A stretch of DNA of 64,000 bases from Spirochaetia bacterium (GTDB lineage Bacteria > Spirochaetota > Spirochaetia > DSM-16054 > Sediminispirochaetaceae), in NCBI GenBank assembly GCA_034520965.1, contig JAXHMY010000001.1:640001-704000 (forward strand), read 5' to 3'. Numbering within the stretch: position 1 is the stretch's first letter; each line of letters begins with the position of its first letter. This document shows, piece by piece, positions 10,402-20,570 of this stretch. The position numbers and the translations under genes are program-made. The notes under the pieces are model-generated. The model made no database searches. It was not told the DNA's origin and saw only the letters and a program-made list of their open reading frames with translations.

Positions 10402-11670
10402 TGGTTCAAACCATGGGGAATTGAAGCAGGGAGTCGAATTACCCCCTCTATTAGAGTGTACCCACACTTTATTTTAGAGGAGGCCTGCCAATGCTTATCC
10501 CCCCATTTTGTCCCCATCCCGAATGTGAATATCACACCCAGCCACCTGGCCACGGGCGCTGGTACCACATCAATGGCAGCTACGAGACCCTGGCCCATGG
10601 GACGGTCACCCGCTTTAAATGCCTCGGCTGCGGCGGAGGGTTTAGCGAGCAAACCTTCCGCCTAGACTATTATGTAAAGCGAAAGCTCGACTATCAGGTG
10701 ATTTTCGATCATATGACCAACTGCGGGGGAGTACGCAAGACTGCCCGCATAATGGAGGTCAGCCACCAGGCGATCATCAACCGCTTAGGCCGTCTCGCCC
10801 GTCAGGCCATTGCGCTGCAGGCCGATGTCCTGCAGGACTATGTTCCCTGTGAGGATCTGGTCACCGACGGCTTCGAGAGCTTTGTCAGCGATCAGTACCA
10901 GCCGAATAACATTCACATCCTGGCCGGCAAGCGTTCACAGTTCTTTATCACCTTCGACTATGCCCATTTGCGGCGCAAGGGAAAGATGACCGAGCTGCAG
11001 AAGGACGAGCGTGACCGGCGGGAGAGGCACTACATCCGCAAGAGGATCTCCATCAGTCAGTCTTTCCTGCAGATTGTCGATCTGGTCGAACAATACGCGC
11101 AGAAGCGGCGGTTTACCTGCCTTTACAGCGATGAGAAGTTAGAGTATCAAAGATTGGTCATGGGCTCGGATGTGCTGCAGAGCCTAAAAAGCGAGGGGAG
11201 GTTTGAGCATGTGAGAATCTCTTCACAGCTCGAACGCACCATTGACAATCCACTTTTTTCTGTCAACTATCTGGACAGGCAATTTAGGAAGGATAATGCC
11301 AATCATGTGCGTGAGACGGTGCGCTTCTCCGAGAATGTGAATAACTGTCTTGAGCGCATGGCGGTCTACCAGCTGTATCAGAATTATTTCAAGCCCTTTC
11401 GCATTGACCGGCCTTTTTTACAGGACTTCTCCCATGCCGAGGTGGCCGGTGTGCCCCGGGGTAAAATCGCAAGAGGGCTGCGGGGCATCTTTACCATGCG
11501 CAAGTTCTACACCCATGTAAAGCTCAACTGGTCGCAACTGATGGTGTGGGCTCGGATGACCGGAACCCTGGATAAGTTCGACGGGATGTACTGGCCCAAA
11601 TATGTGTGGATGTAACATCCCTTACTCGCAGAGGGCGTGTGAAAAATTGCATCCCCCATGGTTTGAACCA
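10402..11670 (+). mobile_element. Insertion sequence, 1269 bp, IS1-like
   Basis: Perfect 17-bp terminal IR TGGTTCAAACCATGGGG (10402-10418; 11654-11670), 21/24 when extended. TTAA on both flanks (10398-10401, 11671-11674). Single transposase ORF inside. Confidence 0.88.
10491..11615 (+). CDS. IS1-like transposase (Zn ribbon, HTH, RNase H-like core)
   Basis: CPHPEC...CLGC ribbon; HTH GVRKTARIMEVSHQAI; DGFESF, YSDEK; DRQFRKDNANHVRETVRFS resembles the IS1 R..L.R....FS helix; enclosed by IRs. Confidence 0.8.
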   Translation: MLIPPFCPHPECEYHTQPPGHGRWYHINGSYETLAHGTVTRFKCLGCGGGFSEQTFRLDYYVKRKLDYQVIFDHMTNCGGVRKTARIMEVSHQAIINRLGRLARQAIALQADVLQDYVPCEDLVTDGFESFVSDQYQPNNIHILAGKRSQFFITFDYAHLRRKGKMTELQKDERDRRERHYIRKRISISQSFLQIVDLVEQYAQKRRFTCLYSDEKLEYQRLVMGSDVLQSLKSEGRFEHVRISSQLERTIDNPLFSVNYLDRQFRKDNANHVRETVRFSENVNNCLERMAVYQLYQNYFKPFRIDRPFLQDFSHAEVAGVPRGKIARGLRGIFTMRKFYTHVKLNWSQLMVWARMTGTLDKFDGMYWPKYVWM

Positions 11671-11674
11671 TTAA

Positions 11675-12046
11675 CTATTCTTCACGCATATCTCTTATAA
11701 CTGCAAGATGGTGCTGTGCCTGCTGAACCGCGTTTCTTAATTCTTCTTGAAATGCAGGAAATTGTTCTTCCACCTCTTCGATATTCCCTCTCAAAGCTTC
11801 GCGTTCAAGAAACCGGCTAATATTACCTAGGCTGTACAAGCGGACCGCTGAAAGGTTGTTCGTAAGAGAGTGAAAAGCATCAACCGTATTCTGCAGCTCA
11901 CCCTTGGATAAAGCCTCTTCAATGCCGGACATTTTGTCGGGGACATCCCGATAAAAAAGTTCCAAAAGCTGTTGTGCAATCTCTATATCACCCTGGTAGT
12001 CCTGGATAAAGGTACTGAAGTCGGTGAGCGACGCAGAATTTCTCAC
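11675..12046 (-). CDS. Hpt phosphotransfer domain; possibly the frameshifted tail of the upstream kinase
   Basis: QLLELF...DAFHSLTNNLSAV Hpt pattern; GTG start without an obvious RBS. Confidence 0.75.
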   Translation of the reverse strand: MRNSASLTDFSTFIQDYQGDIEIAQQLLELFYRDVPDKMSGIEEALSKGELQNTVDAFHSLTNNLSAVRLYSLGNISRFLEREALRGNIEEVEEQFPAFQEELRNAVQQAQHHLAVIRDMREE

Positions 12047-12069
12047 CGCGGTTTCAATCAGTATCGAAT

Positions 12070-14480
12070 TTATGCCAGTAGTCCAAAGCCGGTAGAACCC
12101 ACTCCCAGAGGTTCTCTTTTGTTCTTGTTCTCATGCTCAAACAGGAATACACTTCCAATGGCCTGTGCCAGAATATCCCGAGAGAGCGGTTTTGACACAT
12201 ACGCATTCATCCCGCAGGAAAGGATATGGTGCACATCCTCTTTCATTGCATAGGCGGTTAAGGCAATTATGGGAATCTGAGGATTGAACCGAGATTCATC
12301 GGAGCTGCGAATTTTTCGGGTAGCATCCAAACCATTCATTACCGGCATTTGGACATCCATTAACACTAAATCAAAGCTCTTTTGACTTAGAAGCTTGAGC
12401 GCCTCACTCCCATTTTCAGATATCTCAACCTCATGTCCCATCTCACTGAGAAAATAGGCGATGGATTTTTGATTAAGTTCATTATCCTCAGCAAGTAAAA
12501 TTTTTAAAGATCAGAGGGAGACGGGATGGTATGTTTTTGACTGCTACTATGCTGGTCTGTTCCACTACCCAACATAAAAGAAACAGTAAAGAAAAAACTA
12601 CTGCCCCTTCCGGGCGTGCTTTCAACCCAAATCTTACCACCCATTATCTCGATTAACTGTTTGGTTATTGCTAATCCAAGGCCAAAGCCTTGCTGCTTTT
12701 TCGAAAAACCCGAATCGACTTGCTGGAAACTGTCAAATATCCGCTCAATCTCTTCTTCAGATATACCGATTCCACTGTCCTTCACAGCAAAACGGAGAGT
12801 TGCACTCTCTCCAGCTGTTTGTTCAAGATTTACAGAAACTGTAATCGTACCCCTGTGAGTAAATTTGACGGCATTACCGACCAAGTTTGCCAACACTTGC
12901 TGCAATCTCTGAGCATCACCAATTAGAATATTGGGCACGTCGTCGGCAACACTAATATCCAGTGTTAATTCGGAATCCTGTTTTCCAATAAAAAGCGGTA
13001 TTACCGATTTTTTGACAGTGCTTCTCAGTTGGAAGGTATTATTCTCGACAATGATACTTCCTGCCTCAATTTTAGAAAGTTCCAATACTTTGTTGATAAT
13101 ATCCTGCAAGGACTCTTCTGCATCCTTCATAAGCAACAGCTGCTCTCGCTGTTCTTGTGTTAAGTCTTCACTTAATAAGATATCCGTCATTCCCATGATA
13201 CCACTCAGGGGCGTACGAATCTCATGGCTGACATTTGCCAAAAAACGGCTTTTGGACTGGTTGGCCGACTCAGCTGCTTGTTTCGCATTTTCAAATTCCC
13301 GAAGGATTCTTCGGTTTTCAGTAATATCTTTGAAGGTAGCCACCGATGCGTAAGGTGAAATTTCACCTGTACGAAAAAGCGGCTCGGAGTTGATGGAGAC
13401 CCACCTGTAGGTTCCGTCCACTCGAATAATTTTCAGCTCATAATTTCTAATTTTGCGGCCCTCTTTCAAAGACACTATACTCGGTAGCTTTTCCTTCTCA
13501 AGGAGCTCACCCTTCTTGCTGAATATCTGCAGGCCCTTCATAAGAATCTTTGGATCAAGGGATGTATCATTGCGCAGTCCAAGTAGTCGCGCTGCGGCCA
13601 GGTTATAGAGAATGACTCTTTCCGTCTTGTCGCGAACTAATAAGCCGCTTGGCATGGAACGTACCAGCGATTTGAACAATTTCTCACCACTGTCCTGCTT
13701 CTCTTCATAGCTAAGTCGTGAAAAGAGCATTCCCAAATAGTTCGCTACAGTCTCTGCTTCCAAAAGATGTGTAGAGTAGCTATTCTCCGGTGAAAGGGCA
13801 AACAATACTACCATTGCATATAAGGAGTTTTCACCAGTAATCGGCAGCAGGAGCATGGCCTGTACTCCTTGCTCCTGTAGCAATGGAGAAATAGGGTTTT
13901 TTCGACTCCTACGTTCAAACAAAAGGGGGCTGTGTATACCGGACCACTCTCTTGAACTCTGGTTGGATAAAAAGTGTCTAAACGCTTCAGATAGCCCATG
14001 GGAATACTTAAAATCAAGTTGATTTTCGTTGGTACTTTTTAAGTAAAGTGCTCCGCCGTCAAAACCGAAATAGGAACTTACCCTATTAAGCAGCTCTTTG
14101 TAAGCCTGAGTATAGTGAGGAGCATCTATCAAGACACGAGCTAAAATACATTCTATTGATTCTGGTTCCGGCTCGAAAAGTATTAAAAAACCCTGTGATT
14201 CCGGTTCCGGCTGTACCCTCCCGTTCACAATGAGCGTGTGGCCTTCGGAGTGCATTACGGCCGCCTTAAACAGCCTCCCATCCAGACAGGTTTTGAGAAT
14301 CTGCTGGATATCGCCCTGGGGATGAGCATAGAGCAGGTCCTGCAGCGGACGACCGTAAAAGTTACTTTCATTTTCGCCGCCGATCAATTCAATACAACGC
14401 CGATTTAGTGACAGAATAGTATGTGAGGCATCTATTACAGCAGCCGGAAAGGGCAAGGCATCTATAGAGAGGCTTTTCAT
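12070..14480 (-). CDS. Hybrid histidine kinase PAS-GAF-PAS-HisKA-HATPase-REC, frameshift near 12505
   Basis: ORF 12504-14480 has NVSHEIRTP and GFGLGL. The adjacent frame reads KILLAEDNELNQ into REC ORF 12070-12441. Confidence 0.88.
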
Positions 14481-14784
14481 GGCTTATCTCCCTTTATAGT
14501 ATGCGGCATAAACGGCGGTTAAGAAACTAGGAAATTCAACAATTTTATTTTTTTTTGGACAACTATTGAGTTCCATGTTAATGTATTAGTATAGTTTTTA
14601 TAAGAAATTTTTTCACATTTAATGTGTTTTTATATTATTATTTATAATATCTATAACAATATTTTATATTTTATAATAATATTTTAAAGTTTATTTAATT
14701 TATCTGTACTTCTAAGCTGAGCAAAATAAGTATGGTCACCGGCAATTAAGCGCATAGCGCTATTAAACATAAGGAGGGTGATCT

Positions 14785-15339
14785 ATGGCAGTGGATGCAC
14801 AATTAGATCAAAAAGAAACAGACCAGGGGGCCTGTTGCAGCGATCAACTCTCTGAGGAAGAGATGGCCGCACGGATCGATGAGGTAATTGATACCTTTTC
14901 CGGCGTAAAAGGAGCCTTGATTCCCGTACTGCAAACCGCCCAAAACCTATTCGGATATCTTGCCGAACCGGTTCTCAAAAAAGTGAGTCTTAAACTCAAT
15001 ATCCCATACAGTGAAGTAGCTGGGGTAGTTAGCTTTTACTCCTATTTTTCCACCATTCCTCGCGGCAAAAATATTGTAAGGGTATGCTTAGGAACCGCAT
15101 GCTATGTTCGCGGAGGAAAGGAAGTTCTGCAATCTATTCAGGACTACCTTGGCATCGATGTAGGAGGCACTACCGACGACAGGGTTTTTAGCCTTGAAAT
15201 TGGACGCTGTTTCGGTGCATGTGGTTTAGCACCGGTGGTGATGATTAACGACCATGTCTATCAGCGCGTAAAGCCATCTAAGGTAAAAGACCTGCTTGTA
15301 CCTTACCGTGCTTCTGAACCGTGCGGGGAGGAAGAATAA
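14785..15339 (+). CDS. hydC: [FeFe]-hydrogenase gamma subunit (NuoE-like 2Fe-2S)
   Basis: VCLGTAC...CFGAC; strong RBS AAGGAGG; first gene of the operon. Confidence 0.9.
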   Translation: MAVDAQLDQKETDQGACCSDQLSEEEMAARIDEVIDTFSGVKGALIPVLQTAQNLFGYLAEPVLKKVSLKLNIPYSEVAGVVSFYSYFSTIPRGKNIVRVCLGTACYVRGGKEVLQSIQDYLGIDVGGTTDDRVFSLEIGRCFGACGLAPVVMINDHVYQRVKPSKVKDLLVPYRASEPCGEEE

Positions 15340-18300
15340 TGGAAGGACAAATGAAAATTAAGTCGGCCAAGGACCTCGAAAAGCGCCAAAAGGCCGCACA
15401 AAAATCACGCCCAGAAACTGAACAGGTTATTCACCTGTGCGCAGGAGCCGGCTGTATTGCTTCAGGAGCTCTTGAAGTAAAAAATGCCCTGGAGAAGGCC
15501 TTTGAGACAGAAGGCATTTCGGTACCAATTAAGGAGACCGGCTGTCTGGGTCCGTGTGCCCGGGGACCGGTACTATTGATAAAACCGGAAGAAGTGTTTT
15601 ATGAAGGGGTAAAACCGGAAGATGCGGAGGAGATTGTAAAGCAACATTTCAAGCGGAAAGAGGTGGTTAAACATCTTACACACCGGAACTTCTCCGACAA
15701 CCGACAGGTTGACACGGCCAAAGAAGTAGAATTCTACCGTGGTCAGGCTCGAATCGTATTGCGAAACTGCGGGTACATCGACCCGCTGAATCTGGATGAT
15801 TTTATTGCAGTCGGCGGCTACTCCGCTTTAGCAAAGACCCTTTCGGATTATACTCCCGAGAAAGTTGTCGAGGAGATAAAGCACTCCGGTCTACGTGGTC
15901 GCGGCGGAGCCGGTTTTCCAACCTGGCTTAAATGGGAACTTACCCGCAAGGCCGAGGGTACAGAAAAATATGTGTTGTGTAATGCCGATGAGGGAGACCC
16001 CGGCGCTTTCATGGACCGAAGTGTACTCGAAGGCGATCCGCACAGCTTGATTGAGGGAATGACAATCGCAGCTTTTGCCATCGGAGCAAGCCGCGGTTTT
16101 GTATATGTTCGAGCCGAATATCCCTTGGCGGTAAGCCGTTTTGGAAAAGCCCTAGAACAGGCCCGGGAAACCGGCTTACTCGGTGACAATATTATGGGTA
16201 CTGATTTCTCCTTTGACTTAGAAATCAGGATGGGCTCAGGAGCATTTGTCTGCGGTGAAGAAACAGCACTCATCCACTCTATAGAGGGTAAACGGGGTGA
16301 ACCGAGGCCGCGGCCCCCCTTTCCCGCTCAGAAAGGCCTTTGGGACAAACCGAGCCTACTGAACAATGTGGAAACCTACACCAACGTGGCAGCCATAATG
16401 GATAAGGGCTCCGGCTGGTACAGCTCCTTCGGTACCGAAGAGAGCAAAGGGACCAAGGTATTTGCCCTGGCAGGGGCAATCAATATTAGCGGTCTGGTTG
16501 AGGTGCCGATTGGCACCAGCCTTGGTGAACTGATATACGATATCGGCAGCGGTATCCCGGGGGGTAAGCAATTTAAGGCGGCCCAAATCGGTGGTCCCTC
16601 CGGTGGATGTATTCCTAAGCAATATCTAAATGTCCCCCTGGATTATAATACACTCAGTGAGCTTGGGGCTATCATGGGCTCCGGCGGCCTGATCGTCATG
16701 GACGACGACACTTGCATGGTGGACGTAGCCCGCTATTTTCTGGAGTTTGTTCAGGAAGAGTCCTGCGGAAAGTGCACCCCCTGTCGGGTGGGAACCAAAC
16801 GTATGCTCGAGATTCTCACCCGAATTACAGAGGGTGATGGTCGGGATGGTGATATTGAACGCCTGATTGAGATAGGTGAACAGATCAAAGACACCGCTCT
16901 GTGCGGCTTAGGACAAACCGCTCCAAATCCGGTACTCTCTACCATCCGGCATTTTCGGCACGAGTATGTACAGCATATTCGTGATAAACATTGCGAAGCC
17001 GGCGTCTGTGCTGGACTGGTCCGGGCTCCATGTCAAAGTGCATGCCCGGCGGGAGTCGATGTCCCCGGATTTGTCTCACTAGTTGGAGAAAAACGCTATG
17101 CAGAAGCACTACGGCTGCATCGCGAACGCAACCCCTTTGCAGCCGTATGCGCGAGGGTCTGCTTTCATACCTGTGAAGATAAGTGCCGTCGTTCTACCCT
17201 TGATGATTCGGTCGCAATCCGCGGGATAAAGCGCTTTATGGTTGACCAAGAGGTGACCATTCAACTGCCGGAAATTCGGGAAAGCAGCACAAATGCAAAA
17301 CGAAAGATTGCTGTGATCGGCGGCGGTCCTGCCGGTCTCTCCTGTGCCTACTTTCTTGCACGACTTGGGTATTCACCAACAGTCTTCGAAGCTGAACAGC
17401 GACCTGGAGGAATGATGGTCCAGACCATCCCGGCCTACCGGCTGCCCCGGGAAACCTTGGCTAGAGAAATACGTATGATCGAGAATATGGGAGTCAATAT
17501 AGTCACGGACACCGCTTTAGGCAGAGATTTTACCCTGAAGGAGCTGCGCTCGCAGGGCTACGATGCGGCATTTCTGGGTATAGGAGCTCCGGTCAATATG
17601 GATATGGGCATACCCGGGGAAGACGCCGAGGGCGTAGTACAGGGCATAAATTTTCTTAAACAGTACAACATCCGTGGTTCAGTTCCAGTAGGAAAGAAGC
17701 AGGTAATAATCGGCGGGGGAAATGCTGCAGTTGATGCTGCCCGGACCGCGATTCGTCTCGGTGCCGATGCGGTTACTATTCTCTACCGCAGAACCCAAGA
17801 CCAAATGCCTGCTTATGCAGAAGAAATTGAAGAGGCTCTACTGGAGGGGGTGAAGCTAAGAACCCTCACTCAACCGATAGCTATTGAAAAGAACGGAGTT
17901 GGCAAGGTAAAGGGGGTAACCTGTGCCTGCATGCAACTTGGAGAATTCGACCGCAGCGGACGCAGACGACCAACCCACTCGGATCAGCAAAACTTTATAG
18001 TGGAAGCTGATCAAGTCATAATCGCTATTGGACAGCAGATAGATACCAGTCACTTTGCCGGTGAATTAGACATTCATCTTGGTGAAAACCGTTTTATCAA
18101 AACCAACCCTCTGACCGGACAAACCTCGGTCGATTGGATATTCTCCGGCGGAGATGCCGCTTCCGGACCTGTGTCGGTCGTGTCGGCCATCGGAGATGGC
18201 GAAAAAGCGGCGGTCGGCATTGATCAATACCTTACCGGAGAAACACACGCCTTCTGGCGCGAGGAAAAAGTGGTAGAAACCTCTTACGACCCGGATGCAG

Positions 18301-18476
18301 AGCCGGTACCCTACCCGCGTGAGAAAATGCCGGTTATCGGAACCGACCGTCGAAAGAACAACTTTGAAGAGGTTGAACGCAGTTGGTGTGAGAGTGTTGC
18401 CGTCCGACAGTGTGAACGCTGTCTGCGTTGCGATTACGGCAAAACACCTGCAAAATCAGGGAGCAATGTAGAATGA
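15339..18476 (+). CDS. hydB: [FeFe]-hydrogenase beta subunit (Trx-like 2Fe-2S + NuoF) fused to a GltD/NfnL-like FAD/NAD(P)H domain
   Basis: CAGAGC/GCLGPC; LRGRGGAGFP; CNADEGDPGAFMDR; ESCGKCTPCR; then PCQSACP, CARVC..TCEDKC, GGGPAG, GGGNAAVD, YRR. Confidence 0.9.
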   Translation: MEGQMKIKSAKDLEKRQKAAQKSRPETEQVIHLCAGAGCIASGALEVKNALEKAFETEGISVPIKETGCLGPCARGPVLLIKPEEVFYEGVKPEDAEEIVKQHFKRKEVVKHLTHRNFSDNRQVDTAKEVEFYRGQARIVLRNCGYIDPLNLDDFIAVGGYSALAKTLSDYTPEKVVEEIKHSGLRGRGGAGFPTWLKWELTRKAEGTEKYVLCNADEGDPGAFMDRSVLEGDPHSLIEGMTIAAFAIGASRGFVYVRAEYPLAVSRFGKALEQARETGLLGDNIMGTDFSFDLEIRMGSGAFVCGEETALIHSIEGKRGEPRPRPPFPAQKGLWDKPSLLNNVETYTNVAAIMDKGSGWYSSFGTEESKGTKVFALAGAINISGLVEVPIGTSLGELIYDIGSGIPGGKQFKAAQIGGPSGGCIPKQYLNVPLDYNTLSELGAIMGSGGLIVMDDDTCMVDVARYFLEFVQEESCGKCTPCRVGTKRMLEILTRITEGDGRDGDIERLIEIGEQIKDTALCGLGQTAPNPVLSTIRHFRHEYVQHIRDKHCEAGVCAGLVRAPCQSACPAGVDVPGFVSLVGEKRYAEALRLHRERNPFAAVCARVCFHTCEDKCRRSTLDDSVAIRGIKRFMVDQEVTIQLPEIRESSTNAKRKIAVIGGGPAGLSCAYFLARLGYSPTVFEAEQRPGGMMVQTIPAYRLPRETLAREIRMIENMGVNIVTDTALGRDFTLKELRSQGYDAAFLGIGAPVNMDMGIPGEDAEGVVQGINFLKQYNIRGSVPVGKKQVIIGGGNAAVDAARTAIRLGADAVTILYRRTQDQMPAYAEEIEEALLEGVKLRTLTQPIAIEKNGVGKVKGVTCACMQLGEFDRSGRRRPTHSDQQNFIVEADQVIIAIGQQIDTSHFAGELDIHLGENRFIKTNPLTGQTSVDWIFSGGDAASGPVSVVSAIGDGEKAAVGIDQYLTGETHAFWREEKVVETSYDPDAEPVPYPREKMPVIGTDRRKNNFEEVERSWCESVAVRQCERCLRCDYGKTPAKSGSNVE

Positions 18477-20251
18477 AAATTACAATTAATAACATTACAA
18501 CAGAGGTAGAAGAGGGAACTACGGTGCTGGAGGCAGCCCGTAGCGTAAATGTAGATATTCCCACCCTTTGCTATTTAGAGGGGATGGAACCCCTGGGAGC
18601 CTGCCGTATGTGCGTAGTCGAGGTCAAAGGGGCAAAAAACTTGGTAGCATCCTGTTCTACGCCGGTACGCGACGGTATGGAAGTCAGCACCAACAGTGCT
18701 CGTGTGCGTGATGCTCGCCAAACGGTGATACAGCTTTTGCTGAGCGAGCATGAGGGGGATTGCCAGCTCTGCGAACGGGGGGAGGACTGTGAACTGCAGG
18801 ATCTAGCAAACCGAATGGGGGTAAAGGAGATTGCCTTTGCCGGGCAAAAACCCACACAGTTTTTTGATGAAAGTACGCCGGCACTAATACGTGACACCGG
18901 CAAATGCATCAAATGCCGGCGCTGCATGGAGGTCTGCAAGGCGGTACAGAATGTAGGTGCTCTGGCCGCTCAAAACCGAGGCTATGCAACGGTAATTGGC
19001 CCGGCGTTCGCACAAGACCTGGATACGGTAGTATGCGTACAATGCGGACAATGTGCCGCAGTCTGTCCGGTTGGCGCTATTACCGAACGCACTCATATTC
19101 CCCAGGTATGGCATGCTCTGGATAACCCGGAGAAGCATGTAGTGGTTCAAACCGCCCCTGCGATTCGTGCGGCCCTGGGTGAATGTTTTGACTATCCCCC
19201 GGGAACCCTTGTAACCGGTAAGATGGTAAGCGCCCTCAGACGCCTCGGCTTTGACGGAGTGTTCGATACCAACTTTGCCGCCGACCTGACCATTATGGAA
19301 GAAGGCACAGAGCTGCTGACGCGGCTTAAGGCGGTACTGGCGGATAAGCAAGAGGCAGCACTGCCACAGTTTACCAGCTGCTCACCCGGCTGGATATGAA
19401 TATGCCGAGCATTTCTATCCTGAATTTCTTTCAAACATCTCCTCATGTAAGTCACCCCAACAAATGTTCGGGGCAATGGCTAAAACCTATTACGCCGAGC
19501 AGAAGGGTATTGATCCGAAGGACATAGTGGTGGTGTCGGTGATGCCCTGTACCGCTAAAAAATATGAGGCCCAACGGGAAGAGATGAATGACAGCGGCTA
19601 CCAGGATGTTGATTACGTGATGACCACCAGAGAACTCGGTCGAATGATAAAAGAGGCCTCTATAGACTTCCATAAACTAGAAGATGACAAAATGGACTCA
19701 CCCCTGGGCCTTTCCTCCGGCGCGGCGGATATATTCGCAAATACTGGAGGGGTAATGGAGGCAGCCCTGCGAACTGCTTACGAGATAGTTACCGGACGTC
19801 AGCTGCCGATGGACAACCTCCACGTTACACCGATTATGGGGCTTGAAGGGGTAAAAGAGGCGGCCCTGACCATTGAAGAGCCACTCGAAGACTGGGCTTT
19901 TCTCGAAGGGGTAGAGCTGAGGACCGCCGTAGCCCATGGGCTGGGCAATACGAACACACGACAGAGCTTCTCGACCGTATAAAGGCCGGAGAAGCTGAGT
20001 ATCATTTTATAGAAATTATGACCTGTCCGGGCGGCTGTATTGGAGGCGGAGGCCAACCCCGTTTTACCACCGATGAAGTACGTAAGAAGCGAATAAAGGC
20101 CATCTATGCAGAAGATGAGGGCAAAAAACTGCGAAAATCCCACGAGAACCCTGCCATCCAGGAAATCTACGAAAAGTACCTTTCCAAACCGCTGGGGGAA
20201 CGCAGCCATCACTACCTGCATACCAAGTACACCGAACGCTCACGGGTATAG
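18473..20251 (+). CDS. hydA: Group A [FeFe]-hydrogenase catalytic subunit, two frameshifts (~19397, ~19960)
   Basis: N-terminal 2Fe-2S, His-ligated 4Fe-4S and 2x4Fe-4S motifs; H-cluster motifs TSCSPGW, MPCTAKKYE and EIMTCPGGCIGGGGQP spread over three ORFs. Confidence 0.92.
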
Positions 20252-20317
20252 CAGCTTCATGGGCGCGCGCCCTTAGGCGCAAGGATTAAACTATAAATTA
20301 GAAAAAAGTGGAAATCC

Positions 20318-20354
20318 AAAAAGGGCCGACTGAAAGTTTCAGCCGGCCTTTTTT
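20318..20354. terminator. Rho-independent terminator after hydA, probably bidirectional
   Basis: A-tract, GGCCGACTGAAA / TTTCAGCCGGCC stem (one mismatch), T-tract. Confidence 0.8.
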
Positions 20355-20409
20355 ATCTTTTTTAAGTTTATCAACAACCTAAGGCGGCACAATTTAGTGT
20401 ACACAGTTG

Positions 20410-20551
20410 CAGCTATTCTCATTTTGGATAGTGTAGTTACACTATCCAAAATGAGAATGCCCCGAACTTTGGGTGTATGAAAGTTTTGCCAAAGAAACTG
20501 ATGCGAATTCTAAGTCTGGAAGTCATTTGACTTCCAGACTTAGAAACGCTG
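20410..20551. mobile_element. 142-bp MITE-like element, copy 1, with two long hairpins
   Basis: Flanked by direct repeat ACACAGTTG (20401-20409, 20552-20560). Ends CAGCTATTCTCA / rc CAGCGTTTCTAA. Perfect 21-bp (20415-20458) and 18-bp (20508-20545) stems. Related copy at 50884. Confidence 0.8.
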
Positions 20552-20570
20552 ACACAGTTGTTTCTGCTGT

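Noticed and set aside
10402..11670. IS1-like transposase as mobiliser of the 142-bp elements
   Set aside because: Ends (TGGTTC vs CAGCAATTCT) and flank duplications (TTAA vs 9 bp) do not match.
14601..14618. Rex operator upstream of the hydrogenase operon (TAAGAAA-TTTT-TTCACAT)
   Set aside because: Only one half-site matches well and the background is very AT-rich.
19397..19399. TGA after the HydA L1 motif as selenocysteine or recoded stop
   Set aside because: In-frame read-through gives unrelated sequence and another stop. The conserved YAEHFYPE...SSCKSPQQM continues in a different frame, so this is a frameshift.
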